From the NCBI RefSeq assembly GCF_902459465.1, contig NC_047074.1, positions 3,224,001-3,288,000 of the forward strand: a stretch of DNA of 64,000 nucleotides, written 5' to 3'. The notes beneath the pieces are model-generated. The model saw only the letters and a list, made by a program, of their open reading frames with translations, searched no databases and was not told the origin of the DNA. Position 1 is the stretch's first letter, and each line of letters begins with the position of its first letter. The position numbers and the translations under genes were made by a program. Positions 11,548 through 23,665 of the stretch are shown here, in pieces. The DNA comes from Asterias rubens. Taxonomy: Eukaryota.

Positions 11548-12200
11548 TTTTCATAAATGATGTAAACGTTTTGCTAGAACAGGTGATTAATTTTTAAGGT
11601 GACCAAAGTTTAAGCCATGCTAGGCATAACTGTCCCGCATGATACGCCACAACGTAAAGAGCAGGTAAGATCATCGGCTTTTAGCTGTGTGTTCCGTAAC
11701 TGTCCCTCCAAAGGACTCGACACGGGTTAAGCTTTACTCGTGCGTAGCAACCACTCCTTTAAGTGTGTCGATTAAAACCATTAACTATAACCCCTATTAA
11801 CCATCAATAAATAAATATGAACTGTCTAAGTAATCAGCTATATTTTCCCAGTTAACTTAGGCTTAAGTGCCTTGTTAATAAATGAACAAGGCACTTAGTA
11901 AACGTATTGCTAGAACAGGTGATTAATTTTTAAGGTGACCTAAGTTAATTTAGGCCATGCTGGGCATAATTGTCCCGCATGATACGCCACAACGTAAAGA
12001 ACAGGTAAGATCGTCAGTTTTTAGCTGTGTGTTCCGTAAACGTAGGCCTAAGTGCTTTTTCATAAATGTTGTAAATATTTTGCTAGAATAGATGATGAAT
12101 TTTTTAGGTGACCACAGTTAATTTAGGAATAAGTGTCACGCAAGCACGTCACAACGTAAAGAGCAGGTAAGGTCAACGGTTTCAGCTGTTTTTTTTTTTT
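11548..12200. repeat. Three diverged direct repeats (~150 bp) between the lectin genes
   Basis: TTTGCTAGAACAGGTGATTAATTTTTAAGGTGACC and ACAACGTAAAGAGCAGGTAAG recur at ~11570, ~11906 and ~12080. Confidence 0.85.
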
Positions 12201-13107
12201 TCATCAGCAGAGTGTAGGTTCGAGTTCCAGTCATGACACCTGTGTCCTTAACGACCTGCTTGAACGAAAATGTCAAGCCGTGAACTTTGCCGAATATCTT
12301 TTTAAATTTTTTCAACCAATAAGGAGATCGAGTCACGTGACTATAAATAGATTAAAATTGTGTAAAAACAACCCCTTATCCAGCACTTTTCTAAAGAAAA
12401 ATCGCGAAAAGTTCCCTCACGTAATCACTCATATTACGTCAAAGTCGGGAGCTCCTGTTTGTATAGCCGGTTTGTGTTTGTGCAGCGTCGAGGTTTAACA
12501 AAGCAAACTCCCAGACATGACGTCAAAGAATTGTAATTTTGACGTGCGCCGTCAACGGCAGAAGTGTTTTAGTTTTTCAAAAAAAGATTTGAGGTTGGGG
12601 CCTGGGCCCAATTTCATAGAGCTGCTCAGCACAAAAATGTTCTTAGTATGAAATTTCTTCCTTGATAAAAACAGGATTACCAACCGAATTTCCATTTGTT
12701 GCATATTGCTTGTTACTGGTATTCAGCTGTTGTTTGCTTATTCTGAAAATCATGTGAACATTTAGTTGGTAAGCCTGTTTTTATAAAGGAAGAAATTTTA
12801 TGCTTAGCACATTTTTGTGCTAAGCAGCTCTATGAAATTGGGCTTTTGAAAATCAGGATTTTTTATTCGATAATTACAAAAACAAATCAGAAGTGTACGC
12901 ATATCAAAATTACATTCAAATGATGAACAAACGAAGAGGTTTTAATAGAATTTCCGTTAAAAATAATTCACTCAATGCAGTAGCTGTTTATTGAAAGCAA
13001 GTCACTTTACCACAAGGGGTGGGGGAAACAACCTGACGTTACTGGGAAAAAAATGCTGCGGCGAGAGTGATCACCCCTTGGAACGAGGTATTATCAATGA
13101 TTCATAC

Positions 13108-13470
13108 TTAAAGCCATTGGACACTTTCGGTAAAAAGTTTGTCCAAAGGCCCACACTTCGTGTATCACAACTTATATATAAAATAACAAATCTGTGAAAG
13201 TTTAGGCTCAAGCGGTAATCGGAGTCGGGAGAAAATAACAGGAAAACCCACCCTTGTTTCCGCACGTTTCGCCGTGTCATGACATGTGTTTACTAAAATC
13301 CGTAATTCTCGATGTCGAGAATTGATAATTGTTTTTATGTTTTCTCAAAAAGTAAAGGATTCCATTGAATAATATTTGTTTTACCATTACCTACTGTAAA
13401 CCCTGTAAGTTATTTGTAAATCTGTGAACTTTTATTTGTTTTTTCTGTTCCGAAAGTGTGCAATGGTTAA
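13108..13470 (-). mobile_element. Family B MITE; partial copy at 24297-24600
   Basis: TTAAAGCCATTGGACACTTTCGGTAAA...CCGAAAGTGTGCAATGGTTAA. Confidence 0.85.
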
Positions 13471-14177
13471 ACAAAAAAGTGTAAAGTCATTTCTCATTGT
13501 GGGGGTTTTACTTAATTAATATTAGAGTGATAAAAAAACACTCGCTGCCACAGAAGCGAAAGGTGCAACAAAACTTAAATGCCACAACAAGACAAAATTG
13601 TACTTTGACACCTTCCACAAGACTTTGTCCAGCATTGTGTATGAATTGTATCGAAGGCCGCTTAAAAAGTAATACAAGTATGTTATTAAGTACCATTAGC
13701 TATAACCCCCCTTTCTAATCATGAATAAGTAACTATAGGAAACATTTAATTATTGAGCTAGCCTATATTTGTTCCCTGTAAACGTAAAAAAGAATTAGAA
13801 CAGATCTTGAAATATTTACGGTGACATTAAATAATATAGTCATGCTAGGCATATTGTTCGGCATGTACACCCGACGTAGTGCGGACAGGAGCACATGACT
13901 CAAGCTCTGGTGTTTCTGATCAGCAGTGTGTGTTTTGGAGGCTCGGTCGTGACACCCCGTGTCTTTCAGTAAGACACATAACCACGGTGCTTCGTCATTC
14001 ACGTTACGGTAAGCCGTTGGTTGTGTCTCGGGTAACGTATACGTAAAAGGACCCATTGCATTTATCGACAAGAAAGAGGTTCGCCCTGGCGTTCATGGTT
14101 AGGTTTGCGGGATATTGCCTCACAGCGTCTTGAATGAGGTGCATTCTGGTCTGGCTAGGTATAAAACATTCACCCCT

Positions 14178-14525
14178 AGCTAAACTTGGTGTATCTCATC
14201 AACATATGTATTCAATCCAAAACCTGTGAAGAGCTTAGCTCAATTTTGGTCGTCGAAGTTGCGAGGAAAAAAATATGAAGGAAAAAACATGATACCCTTG
14301 TCACACGAAGTTGTGCGCTTTTAGATGCTGGATTTCGAGACCTTAAAGAGGTCTCACAGTAAAATTCGTAGAAAATTACTTCTTTTCCCGAGAACTGCGT
14401 TACTTCAGAGGGAGCCGTTTCTCACAATGTTTTGTACTATCAACAGCTCCTCATTACTCATTACCAAGTAAGTTTTATACTAATATTTATTTTGAGTAAT
14501 TACCAATAGTGTCCACTGCCTTTAA
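14178..14525 (+). mobile_element. Family A MITE (5' truncated); short fragment also at 11454-11545
   Basis: Internal sequence plus right TIR GTGTCCACTGCCTTTAA. Confidence 0.8.
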
Positions 14526-14563
14526 AGGGCCCGGTTTGAACATAGCAGTTTCTTTCTCGAAGG

Positions 14564-14881
14564 CTAAACTTGAATTGCTTTAAAGTGTTCGGTATTTTGA
14601 AAAGTTCCGTCTTGCTCCGTATTCAGTGATGAGTTACATAAAAGACAACAATCATCGTACATTAGAATTCCAAATAGTAGTTGGCTACTCCGCTTTATAA
14701 TGAATGAGAGACAGTTTTGGCGCTCCATACATCGTCGTCTGCAGGCGGCCACTGTGTATGTTGGATATCTGTCCAGGGTGTGGCCGAAGAGACAGCGAGA
14801 CACGAGGTGACCAGTAGACTCATCTACTGTCAGGCGATAGACGTTACACGATGGTGGTGGATTAACCACATCTTGCTTGAC
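14564..14881 (-). CDS. PAN/Apple-like domain reading frame, +1 relative to lectin paralog 2 (105 codons open)
   Basis: VKQDVVNPPPSCNVYRLTVDESTGHLVSRCLFGHTLDRYPTYTVAACRRRCMERQNCLSF...CCLLCNSS matches the PAN pattern CL.GH.L....T.V..C...C....C.SF...C.L.SS. It has no ATG of its own and begins at the CCCC run ending the CTL domain. Confidence 0.6.
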   Translation of the reverse strand, partial: VKQDVVNPPPSCNVYRLTVDESTGHLVSRCLFGHTLDRYPTYTVAACRRRCMERQNCLSFIIKRSSQLLFGILMYDDCCLLCNSSLNTEQDGTFQNTEHFKAIQV

Positions 14882-15398
14882 GGGGACGCTCACAGACGAT
14901 GAACAATGGTTTATCTATGTCCACATCACCCCAATAGCCAAGTACGTCAGGATTATTCTTGTAATTAAGGGTTATCATGAAACCATAATCCTGATCCGTA
15001 GACCTTATATCATCGTCCGGTTGTTCAGGATCCCACTTCCGATATTCAGTTGGAAATTTACCATCTTCGATGCAGTTCCATTCACCTTCAACTTCAGCAT
15101 CATTACAATTGATCCAAACACCTATTGGATCTCCGTGGTGCTGAAACGTAGTAAATATGAATTTATTTTCCCAATCTGAGGTTGGGAGCATTAGAGATGC
15201 GTTGTTGCGATCACAATGCATCACGGCAGTGGTCCAGTCGCCCTTCATGGATCCATCCAGACCCAAGTAGCAAGACTCAGCATAAGGCACCCATCCATAA
15301 GGGCACCCTCTCGGTGCAAAGACACCCTTGGCCATAATGATGATCACAAACAGTGATACCAACTTGTGATGAATCGTGGCAATCACTAGATGGGCCAT
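14862..15398 (-). CDS. Secreted C-type lectin paralog 2 (QPD motif), single coding exon, 178 aa
   Basis: ATG at 15398, signal-peptide-like leader, CPYGWVPYAESCY, WINCNDAEVEGEWNC, WDPEQPD, WGD, FIVCE. Colinear with paralog 1. Confidence 0.92.
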   Translation of the reverse strand: MAHLVIATIHHKLVSLFVIIIMAKGVFAPRGCPYGWVPYAESCYLGLDGSMKGDWTTAVMHCDRNNASLMLPTSDWENKFIFTTFQHHGDPIGVWINCNDAEVEGEWNCIEDGKFPTEYRKWDPEQPDDDIRSTDQDYGFMITLNYKNNPDVLGYWGDVDIDKPLFIVCERPRQARCG

Positions 15399-15779
15399 CT
15401 TTTTAAACGCTCACTGTTTTTTTGTGAATTCAAACTGAGTCCAGAAATGGATCACGATCACCGGCACAGCAGCTGTGGCAGTCTGCAACAAATCGTGTGG
15501 TCGGGGCGGCTCTACGTCCCCCTTGATGGAATAAAATGATGATGATGGATAGCTTTAGGTAAGGTGTGGCAGTCCACAGTGTGGCAGTCGACACTTAGAG
15601 ACCAACACGATTCACACGACTCACCAATGTCATTGCTCTTAATAAAAGGAGCAACCGGTGCGTTCTTTTCAGGTTTTCCATTAGGGTTTATGAATAACTC
15701 ATGTGATTCGCTTGCACTAATACCACTCAACTTCAAGCTAACTGCGCATCAGCCTGAACATCTGACGGTGTCGTTGCCC

Positions 15780-16075
15780 AAGCGGATAAGACAAGCTCTG
15801 GTGTTTCTGTTCAGCAGATTTGTGGGTTTGAACCTGGTCGTGATGGCACTTGTGTCCCTGAGCAAGAAACTTAACTATAATTGCTTCTCTCCTCCCAGGG
15901 GTAAATGGGTACATGTGAGGGCAGAAATGGTTCTTGTGATTGATAAGCTTAGTGTTTTACATATGGCAGCACATGTTGATACTCCCCAGGGAGCTGAGAT
16001 GGTTTAAGGAATGATTTAAGGCCCAGTGACCGGGGTAGTAATGTTGAAGCGCCACGAGCGTCACTGTATCGGCCT
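15780..16075 (+). mobile_element. tRNA-derived SINE, second subfamily, with CORE-like centre
   Basis: Same head (GCTCTGGTGTTTCTGTTCAGCAG) then GTGTCCCTGAGCAAGAAACTTAAC, CCAGGGGTAAATGGGTAC, CTCCCCAGGGAGCTGAG and an L2-like AAGCGCC.GAGC tail. Confidence 0.65.
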
Positions 16076-17883
16076 CCAGCGCCTGTCCTGATCCCAATTT
16101 CATAGAGCTGCTAAGCACAAAAATTTGCTTAGCATGAAATTTATTCAATGATTAAAACAGGATTACCAACCGAATTTTCATTTGTTGCATATATTGCTTG
16201 TTACTAGTATTCAGCTGCTGTTTGCTTACACTGAAAATCACGTGATCATTTTGTTGGTATTTATTTTTATCAAGGAAAAAATGTCATTCTCAGCAAATTT
16301 TAATGCTTAGCAGCTCTAAGAAGTTGGGCTCTGATCCTGTCAGATGTACCCGAGTGCCCAAAATCTAATACTAAACTGCAGAAACTGTAAATCGGAAATT
16401 TAAAGGTCATAGCTTACTATGGGTTGTTGAAACATGTTCTAATATTGTGCCTTTGGGTTGTTGACTTTCAATCTGGGAGTATTTTGGTTACAGTTTGTTT
16501 TAGGTCTCAAAAAGGGCGATATTTTGCTAAAGGGTGATGATGTTGTTAAAAATTGAGATTACTTCTTTGATGTGCCTAGCTCCAAATTTTAATGGCTGAA
16601 CCAATCGAATCTAAAAGAAAAACGAGTTTTTAATGGTCAGTCAAAATATTTGTTGACTCCTTTTTTAAAAAGGAAGTATACTTTTGAATATTTAAAACGT
16701 TTTTGGAAAAGTATTTGGTTACATTCAGCATCGGTTGCTATTGGATACTCGTTCATGCGGTGCCCTTTTATCACCTAGCTCGCGTGACGATGTGGAGGAC
16801 AGAGGGCGGTGTTTACACCGCCACTTTTCTGAAAAATTATATCAGTGTAAAAACGTTTCCAGTCAGACAGAAGGTCGCCCTCACGTGGCCGTGAAACCAA
16901 AGGAGACCAACGTCATAAGATACCAACGTCCTTTCATTCCAAAAAGACGAAGCACACCGTTAAACAAATTTAAAGTATAAACTTACAGGCCCTATATTGG
17001 TTAGACCGAAAATCTAAAACATTTAACAGAGTTCTATATTGTTTACATTATTGTTAATGTTCATGGTAGAAAAACATTTGGTTCCTGATGGGGAGATGAG
17101 TGGGAAGATGATTTTGTTGTAAAACCTCTGCGATTAGTAAATCTTGGTCACAAATCTTAAACCTTTAACAGCAACAACACCAAAAAGTACCATAAAAAAA
17201 ACCGCTAAATACATAAATGATCCGGGTCCATGGGGCTTGATCCTTTTCTTGGTCAGGGCCGTATTATCTGTGTCAAAACTACTCGGAAGTTGGTACATTT
17301 TACGAATAATCGAAATCGGTCAGTCAGCGTGCTTTTGAGGTCACGAAGCTAATTACTGATTTTTCGATCCATGCATCACAAGTTTGCATGTAACCCCAAA
17401 AACTTAATTGGTTACGGGGGTAGTGGGGAGCTTTTGATATTATAAAGCATTGTAAGAAACAGCTATTATAATTCTTATGATTCCATGTGCAATATTGAGC
17501 AATTCCAAAGCATTGGAGTTAACATCATTTCCATGACAAGGTCGTGGCTGGGGCGGGGCTTGAGGGGAGGGGTGGTTGAGGCTTCTAGGCTTCCTACATG
17601 AACCATGAGCCATAAACGAAATAATAGGTCATTGAATTTAAGGCTACCCCTTAATATTCTTATAAAATTTTCTATACTAAAATGAAGTCTCTATTTTTGT
17701 CACAGGTTGTGACACAGTAAAGGTGGAGTTAAGAAATTATACCGGCGCAAAAGTTTCGATTTGTATCGATGGGTTCGGGAACTCGCTGGCGCCACTATCG
17801 TATCCCTTACCAGGAAAATATTGCTGCCACATACAAACAATAAGTCCATCGATTGACGGACCCATTTGGCGATTGGACTAATA

Positions 17884-18581
17884 TTAAAGGCACTGCACAC
17901 GTTTGGTAATTACTCAAGATGTAAACCCCCAAAAAGTACTTGGTAACGGGCAACGGGTAGCTGTTGGTAGTTATAGCATTGTGAGAATTACTCCCTCTTT
18001 AAAGTAACTTTTACGAAAGAGGTAGTTTCTCATTTCAATATTTCAATCTGATGAGAAATACTCAGGCCTTAAGCCATTCTGTGGCATCTTAACTGAGCCC
18101 AAATTTTCATGCGATTCGTGTCCTGCATTATGTTGGGATACATCAAGTGAGAATACTGGTCTTAGACACTAGTTTTTACCAAACGTGACCAGTGCCTTTA
18201 AAGTCAATGGACACTATTGGATTGTCAAAGACTAGCCTTCACAGTTGGTGTATCTCAACATATGCATAATATAACAAACCTGTGAAAATTTGAGCTCAAT
18301 CGGTCATCGAAGTTGCGAGATAATAATGAAAGAAAAATAACCCTTGTCACACGAAGTTGTGTGCTTTTAGATGGTTGATTTCGAGACCTCAAGTTCTAAA
18401 TCTGAGGTCTCGAAATCAAATTCGTGGAAAATTAATTCTTTTTCGAAAACTATGGCACTTCAGAGGGAGCCGTTTCTCACAATGTTTTATACCATCAACC
18501 TCTCCCCATTACTCGTCACCAAAACAGGTTTTATGCCAATAATTATTTTGAGTAAGTACCAATAGTGTCCACTGCCTTTAA
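17884..18581. mobile_element. Two family A MITEs in tandem (17884-18201 diverged, reversed; 18198-18581 forward) sharing one TTAA
   Basis: Junction CCAGTGCCT-TTAA-AGTCAATGGACAC at 18198-18201. Confidence 0.85.
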
Positions 18582-18689
18582 ATATAGCCATGAATCCACC
18601 ATAAACTGGTTAGTAGGCGAACCTTCTGTCGTTATATTGTTACCTAGATACAATCAATATCTGTACATTAATTGGACCCCGATGTGTTT

Positions 18690-19093
18690 GTGTTATGACA
18701 CCATGGACTAGCGAGGCACCGTGTACCCGTGTTTCGGTTTACCTCACCGTCGTGGCGAGCTCCCCCCTCTATAGCCGAATCGAACGGGCACACGATTGTA
18801 ATTGAACTCCAGTCAGTCGTGTGGGGCGATGATGAGTACAAGAAAGAGAAAAGCGTCAATTCCGCCAATAACACTAACGTTGGATTGACCAGAAGCGTGT
18901 TGGGCGTGCTGTGAGTGGTTTAGTAGTAGTAGTGTGTGTACGGTGCACGTGAGGAGAAGCAGCCGAGATTTCCACCCTCTGTAACAACAAATGTATTTTT
19001 GCTAAACGGAGGCACGGATGTATACCGTTTCGTATCAAATCAAGTTGTAGTTTTTGTTCAAGGTTCGAGCGTTTTTTTTTTTATACTGGCGAC
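18690..19093 (+). promoter_or_regulatory. CpG-rich putative promoter/5' UTR of the neuroligin-like gene
   Basis: Local CpG/GC enrichment in an AT-rich background directly 5' of the ATG; Inr-like TCAGTC near 18813. Position-based inference only. Confidence 0.4.
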
Positions 19094-19568
19094 ATGGGTT
19101 TTCAGCGGGAGATGATGTTTGTGGTGCAGTTTGTGATGAGATGGGGTGTTGTGATGCTAGTGATGCAGATATGTCTCGCTATGAGGATAACCGGACAACA
19201 GACGGACACAAGGGCGACCAGCAGAGTGATCGGACCAGCGGGTGTGGTCACTGTACCCGGGGGTCGAATACGTGGCCAACGGGTCCGCTTGACAAACCGT
19301 CACCTCAGTGCCGTGGATCAGTACCTTGGGGTACCGTACGCGAGACCCCCTACCGGTCATCTGCGCTTTCGGCCCCCACAATCTCCTCCAGTGAGCTGGA
19401 CGGAGGTCCGGAATGCCACTAAACTTTCCCCTGCGTGTCCGCAGGTTGTTCGGACGGCTGAGGCCGACATGCCGAGATGGAAAAGTGAACCTCTAAGACA
19501 CCGATGGCCGTATCTTCAAGTCATGGACGAGGACTGTCTTTTCCTCAATGTTTACGTACCTACGAAAG
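19094..19568 (+). CDS. NLGN: Neuroligin-like (type-B carboxylesterase/cholinesterase fold) first coding exon
   Basis: Signal peptide, then V.VPGGRIRG...L..VDQYLGVPYARPPTGHLRFRPP..P.SW..VRNAT...PACPQ....MPRW....L..MDEDCLFLNVYVPTK. Ends at a strong phase-1 donor AAAG|GTGAGT (intron starts 19569), matching where neuroligin coding exon 1 ends (after LNIYVP). The MP.W segment favours neuroligin over other carboxylesterases. Confidence 0.85.
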
Positions 19569-20279
19569 GTGAGTGATGTTTACAAAACACTTTTCTTCAA
19601 GGCAGATCACTTCAAGACACTGGACACTATTGGTATATGCCGAAGACCAGTCTTCTCACTTGGTGTATATCAACAAAATTATCTTTATCCAGTGCTTTTC
19701 TGAAATTTTTCGCGAAATGCTCTATTACGTCAGTACTCTATTACCACACTTTGCGGGAGCTCCATCTGGTAAAGCCGCTTTATAGCATTTTGAAAAACAT
19801 TTCATTTCGAAGTAATATGTTTGTAAACAATTCAATTCAATTCAATTCTTTATTTGTCATGCCCAGCATGAAAATCACTTTCTCGATTTGCACATTAAAA
19901 TACAGTTGTTAAAAATAGCACAAAACATATGTTCGGTGTACTCTTGTCAGAGCGTGTTTGTCCAATTAAGTAACTTTCGTCCTGTGAGTGAAAACGTACT
20001 TTTCTAATAAAATAGTTTGGTATTGGATTGGTAATTACTAATTTGAGTTTGAAAGCTTGACAATTATTAGTATAAGGAACCTATCCCACAAACAAATTCG
20101 TTCATCTGAAGAGCTTTCAAACTCGATACATAATAATAGCAAGGACCCCAAGTTGACACCACTTATTTCGGCTGATTCAATCGAAATTGTATATTGTTTT
20201 TCTTTGCTTAATGTTCTGTTTCATGTAATATACCACAGTGGTACATTGTGTAAGAGTGCTCTATAAATCCCTGCTATTT

Positions 20280-20526
20280 TTATTATTATGAGAAACGGCT
20301 CCCTCTACATAACTTTTGAGAAAGAGGTAATTTCTCGTTCAAATGTTATGCATCTGAAAGCACACAACGTATTGCAACAGGGGTGTTTTTCTTGCATTGT
20401 TCTCTTGCAAATTCGCTGAACTTTTTGATCCCAAATTTTCAAAGGTTTTATTTTATGCATAATGTTTAGATACACCAAGTGAGAATACCGGTCTTGACAT
20501 TTACCGAAGGTGTACAGTGCCTTTAA
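20280..20526 (-). mobile_element. Family A MITE partial; short fragment also at 19612-19680
   Basis: GAGAAACGGCTCCCTC..., AGATACACCAAGTGAG and terminal CAGTGCCTTTAA. Confidence 0.7.
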
Positions 20527-21710
20527 TGGCAAACTAACCCATGCATATAAGTGAAGGGAAAACCCCCTCCAGCTATCCCTACGGAGCAGTCCGCCTACGG
20601 TGATTAAGTGTCACGATCTCAGGCTTAGATTTATAGGAAATATGAACTATGGCTATAAGCGACTCCCACAATCGTTATCTGCAAAGAACTCAAGATCAGT
20701 CTATAATTTATTTTCCACAGGCCCAAGTTTGGTGCCGCCGTAAAGATGCTATCTATTCTTAGAGATTGTGGTTATAAGGCATTTGCTATGCTATTCTTAT
20801 ACTTCTTTAGATATGGTGAAATCTGTATTCAAATTATAAGTATTTAAAGGTTTATATCAGACGAATACTTTATATCAAAGTCATGATGACCTTAACGTAT
20901 CAAAAAAAAAATAATATCTGTAAAAACCAATGATATGTGAAATATATAAATATATATAATAGACTGGTTCTATAAGTTACATCGCGTCATATAGATTAGA
21001 TTGGATGTTTTTTTGTCCGTTGTTGCTTTGTATTTCTTACTTAACTTATTTTGTAATTTTTATAGTTTTTATATTGTTTGTGTTTAATTGTATTTGGCAA
21101 GTGGATGTCAAGTTTCTCTGTGTTTTACGTGGACAAATAAATAAATCTAATCTAATCAAATCTAATCTATAGTCTAAATGTGTGACTCGTATAAAGACTA
21201 TGATTGATCGAATTCCATGTGTAACACTATAATATTACACATTCCTCTAAATGTACCCATATTAGACAATCTTCTATATAATCTTAATTATACCCTGTTA
21301 TCAAGTAACTTTAAAAAATATATTTATAGGCTATTACCTATCAAACCAAATGTTGTAATGATATCATAGTTTACACATAGCCTCTATAGTTTTTGTGTTT
21401 TCTTATCGTTATAATCATGTAAATGTAAAAATTGATACCTGTCAAACCATAGGTATACACAGATACTATAGTTTGCTAAAGTTGCTATCTGGTTAAATAG
21501 TAGAGATAGAAGCAGATGGAGAGACTCATACATTGACATTTCAGTAACACTGGGATGATCCAGCTTATGGTAGCTGGGATGAAATGAATATCGTCCCACA
21601 CATCTAGCGGATTATCGGAAATAAAATCCACGTTGTTTACTACCGCTGGGTGACGGTTTGGTGTGTTATAATTCCGTGGAATATTATCCCCCTCATTTTG
21701 GAAAACTTGG

Positions 21711-21918
21711 GCATTCACACGACAGCAAGTTTACTGGGGTCCCATGCTTAATTACAGCATGGTTGTAAAATGTAGCAATGTTTGACAAGATTTTAAAGAG
21801 AACTTGTTTTCAGAAAATTGTTATCCTTTCATACAAGGTTCATTTTGTAACATTTTGCAACCATGCTACAATATTTAGCAAAGAACCCTTGCTAAATTTA
21901 TCTCGTGTGAAAGGGGCT
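21711..21918. mobile_element. Diverged MITE with (G)GCC.TTTCACACGA-type termini
   Basis: GGCATTCACACGAC ... TCGTGTGAAAGGGGC-TTA; inner inverted AGCATGGTTG/CAACCATGCT. Confidence 0.55.
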
Positions 21919-21999
21919 TATGGGATTTGAGGCATGACATGGTGAGGTATGTAAATATATTTATTTGGTTTAAGGTAACAACATGTTTTAATTAACCAG

Positions 22000-22130
22000 T
22001 AGGACAGTTCTTTTCAGAACTGAGAAGTCTCTTGAATTCCAAACAAAATCTACTTCGCGGTAGTAGGATATAAAGCAAGTTCTCAAAAGGTCGTGGTGTT
22101 ACCACAAACCACGTAATCCAAATCCTGTTT
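22000..22130 (+). repeat. Interspersed repeat fragment; second copy 52902-53060
   Basis: AGGACAGTTCTTTTCAGAA.TGAGAAGTCTCT...CGCGGT.GTAG.ATATAAAGCAAG is shared. Confidence 0.7.
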
Positions 22131-23665
22131 TCTCATAACACTGTTGGACCGTCCTGTTTATGGAAAACCTAGGTTCGCTTTTAATAAATGCTGTGTTTGG
22201 CAGAGTATAGCCGGTCACTACTTTAGTATGATGATTATACGATCAAACTTACATCACAGAGCTAAAGGCCGTGAAATTCTTTAGATTGCAAACAAAGCTT
22301 TTGCCTTTTCATTCCACTTAATGGAATTATACCCTTTGTCCATATACCGTTACCTCGTGAGTTTTGTAAATTCAAAGTACAATACAATTAAGGAAGACAT
22401 AAAGAGCTATTCATTTCGGAAAAATACAAACATTCGTAGAAAGAAAATTGGAAAAATAATTGACGGCGGTACTTACGACTTCATCCATCACACAATGTTT
22501 TCCCCCATTTATTAAATGCATGACGTATTGATTTAAACAATTATCTTCTTGTCGGTATAAGCGCAACGCAGTTTGCTTTTTGTAAACAAATATTTCCTTT
22601 AATGGCTAAATTCGATTTTAAAAAAAAAATCGGGTGAGAGTATCTGCTTTCAGATCTCACCATTGTTTTGTTACATGTGAGTCTTGGGCAAAACCGTTCA
22701 CTCGTTCAGTTCGGGCAAAGAAAGCTCAATGAAGAACTCATGGCTATTAAGATTCTTTGAAAACCCCTTTAAGGAGTTGTTGTTTTCTGTAATGACACCA
22801 CGCTAGTCTTACATAATTTACTGATTGAAAATCACATCCCGTTTTGTCTTTTTCACTATTGTATTTTTTGCTTGGTGTAAAATTGTTGAGGTGTTGTCGT
22901 ATAATTATCCGTTGTGTCTTTATTTAAATTTGGTTGTTTTTCTATTTGTAATAGTAATCAATATGTTATTATAAATATATTTTTATATTAATTTAATTTT
23001 TTTAATGTGTACGTAGTTGCTGGGCACCTCTGAAATACGGTGTTTTACTGAGAGGTTTACACAGGGTAAAGAACAAATAAATAAATAAGTTTGGTCTACG
23101 GGCCGTTATTTATTTTTTTATTTTTTTTTTCTCTCGAGAATACCAATTATTTAATTTCATTCATTTGACTCGATGATCGAGATGTTTCAGAAAGTCGGCA
23201 ATCATTACAGCCAAGGCAGTGTATATTTTTTAACAAATCCCCAGTCACGACACAGAGAGACCCACGTGATTTCATGCTAATTTCTCTTCATCACAACCCA
23301 TCCATGCAAGGCTACACGGAAGGTTGGTGCCTTAATATTACCGAGTGGTATATTAATTGACAAGTCAATAATGAAAAGCTGCGAATGTACAACAGCACAC
23401 GAAGCGAGCTGTTGTCGTATTACTCTAATACCATTAATATGTTCCTGTGGTAACCTCTCGCGAGAGGTGAATCAATAACGTGGGATTTCACACGCTTGCC
23501 ATATTGCTGTAATTAAACATGCAGATTTCAGGAAAGTGAACGTTGGGGAATTTCAAGAGGTATGTGTGGCCAGGAATGACCCAGAAATACGAACATTTGA
23601 ATAGCCTCCTTAGCGAACACTAGACCGTTGGAATTTACTTTTTAATTAAAATTGCATATTATTAT

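Noticed and set aside
14823-14895. A 67-nt intron (T|GTGAGC ... CTGACAG|T) would also join the CTL and PAN frames in both lectins
   Set aside because: It removes the last CTL cysteine (FIVCE) needed for the outer disulfide and has no polypyrimidine tract. Unlikely, although RNA-seq should exclude it.
20100-20140. CTGAAGAG...CTCGATAC hammerhead-like text
   Set aside because: GAAA is GATA and stem II gives only one base pair.
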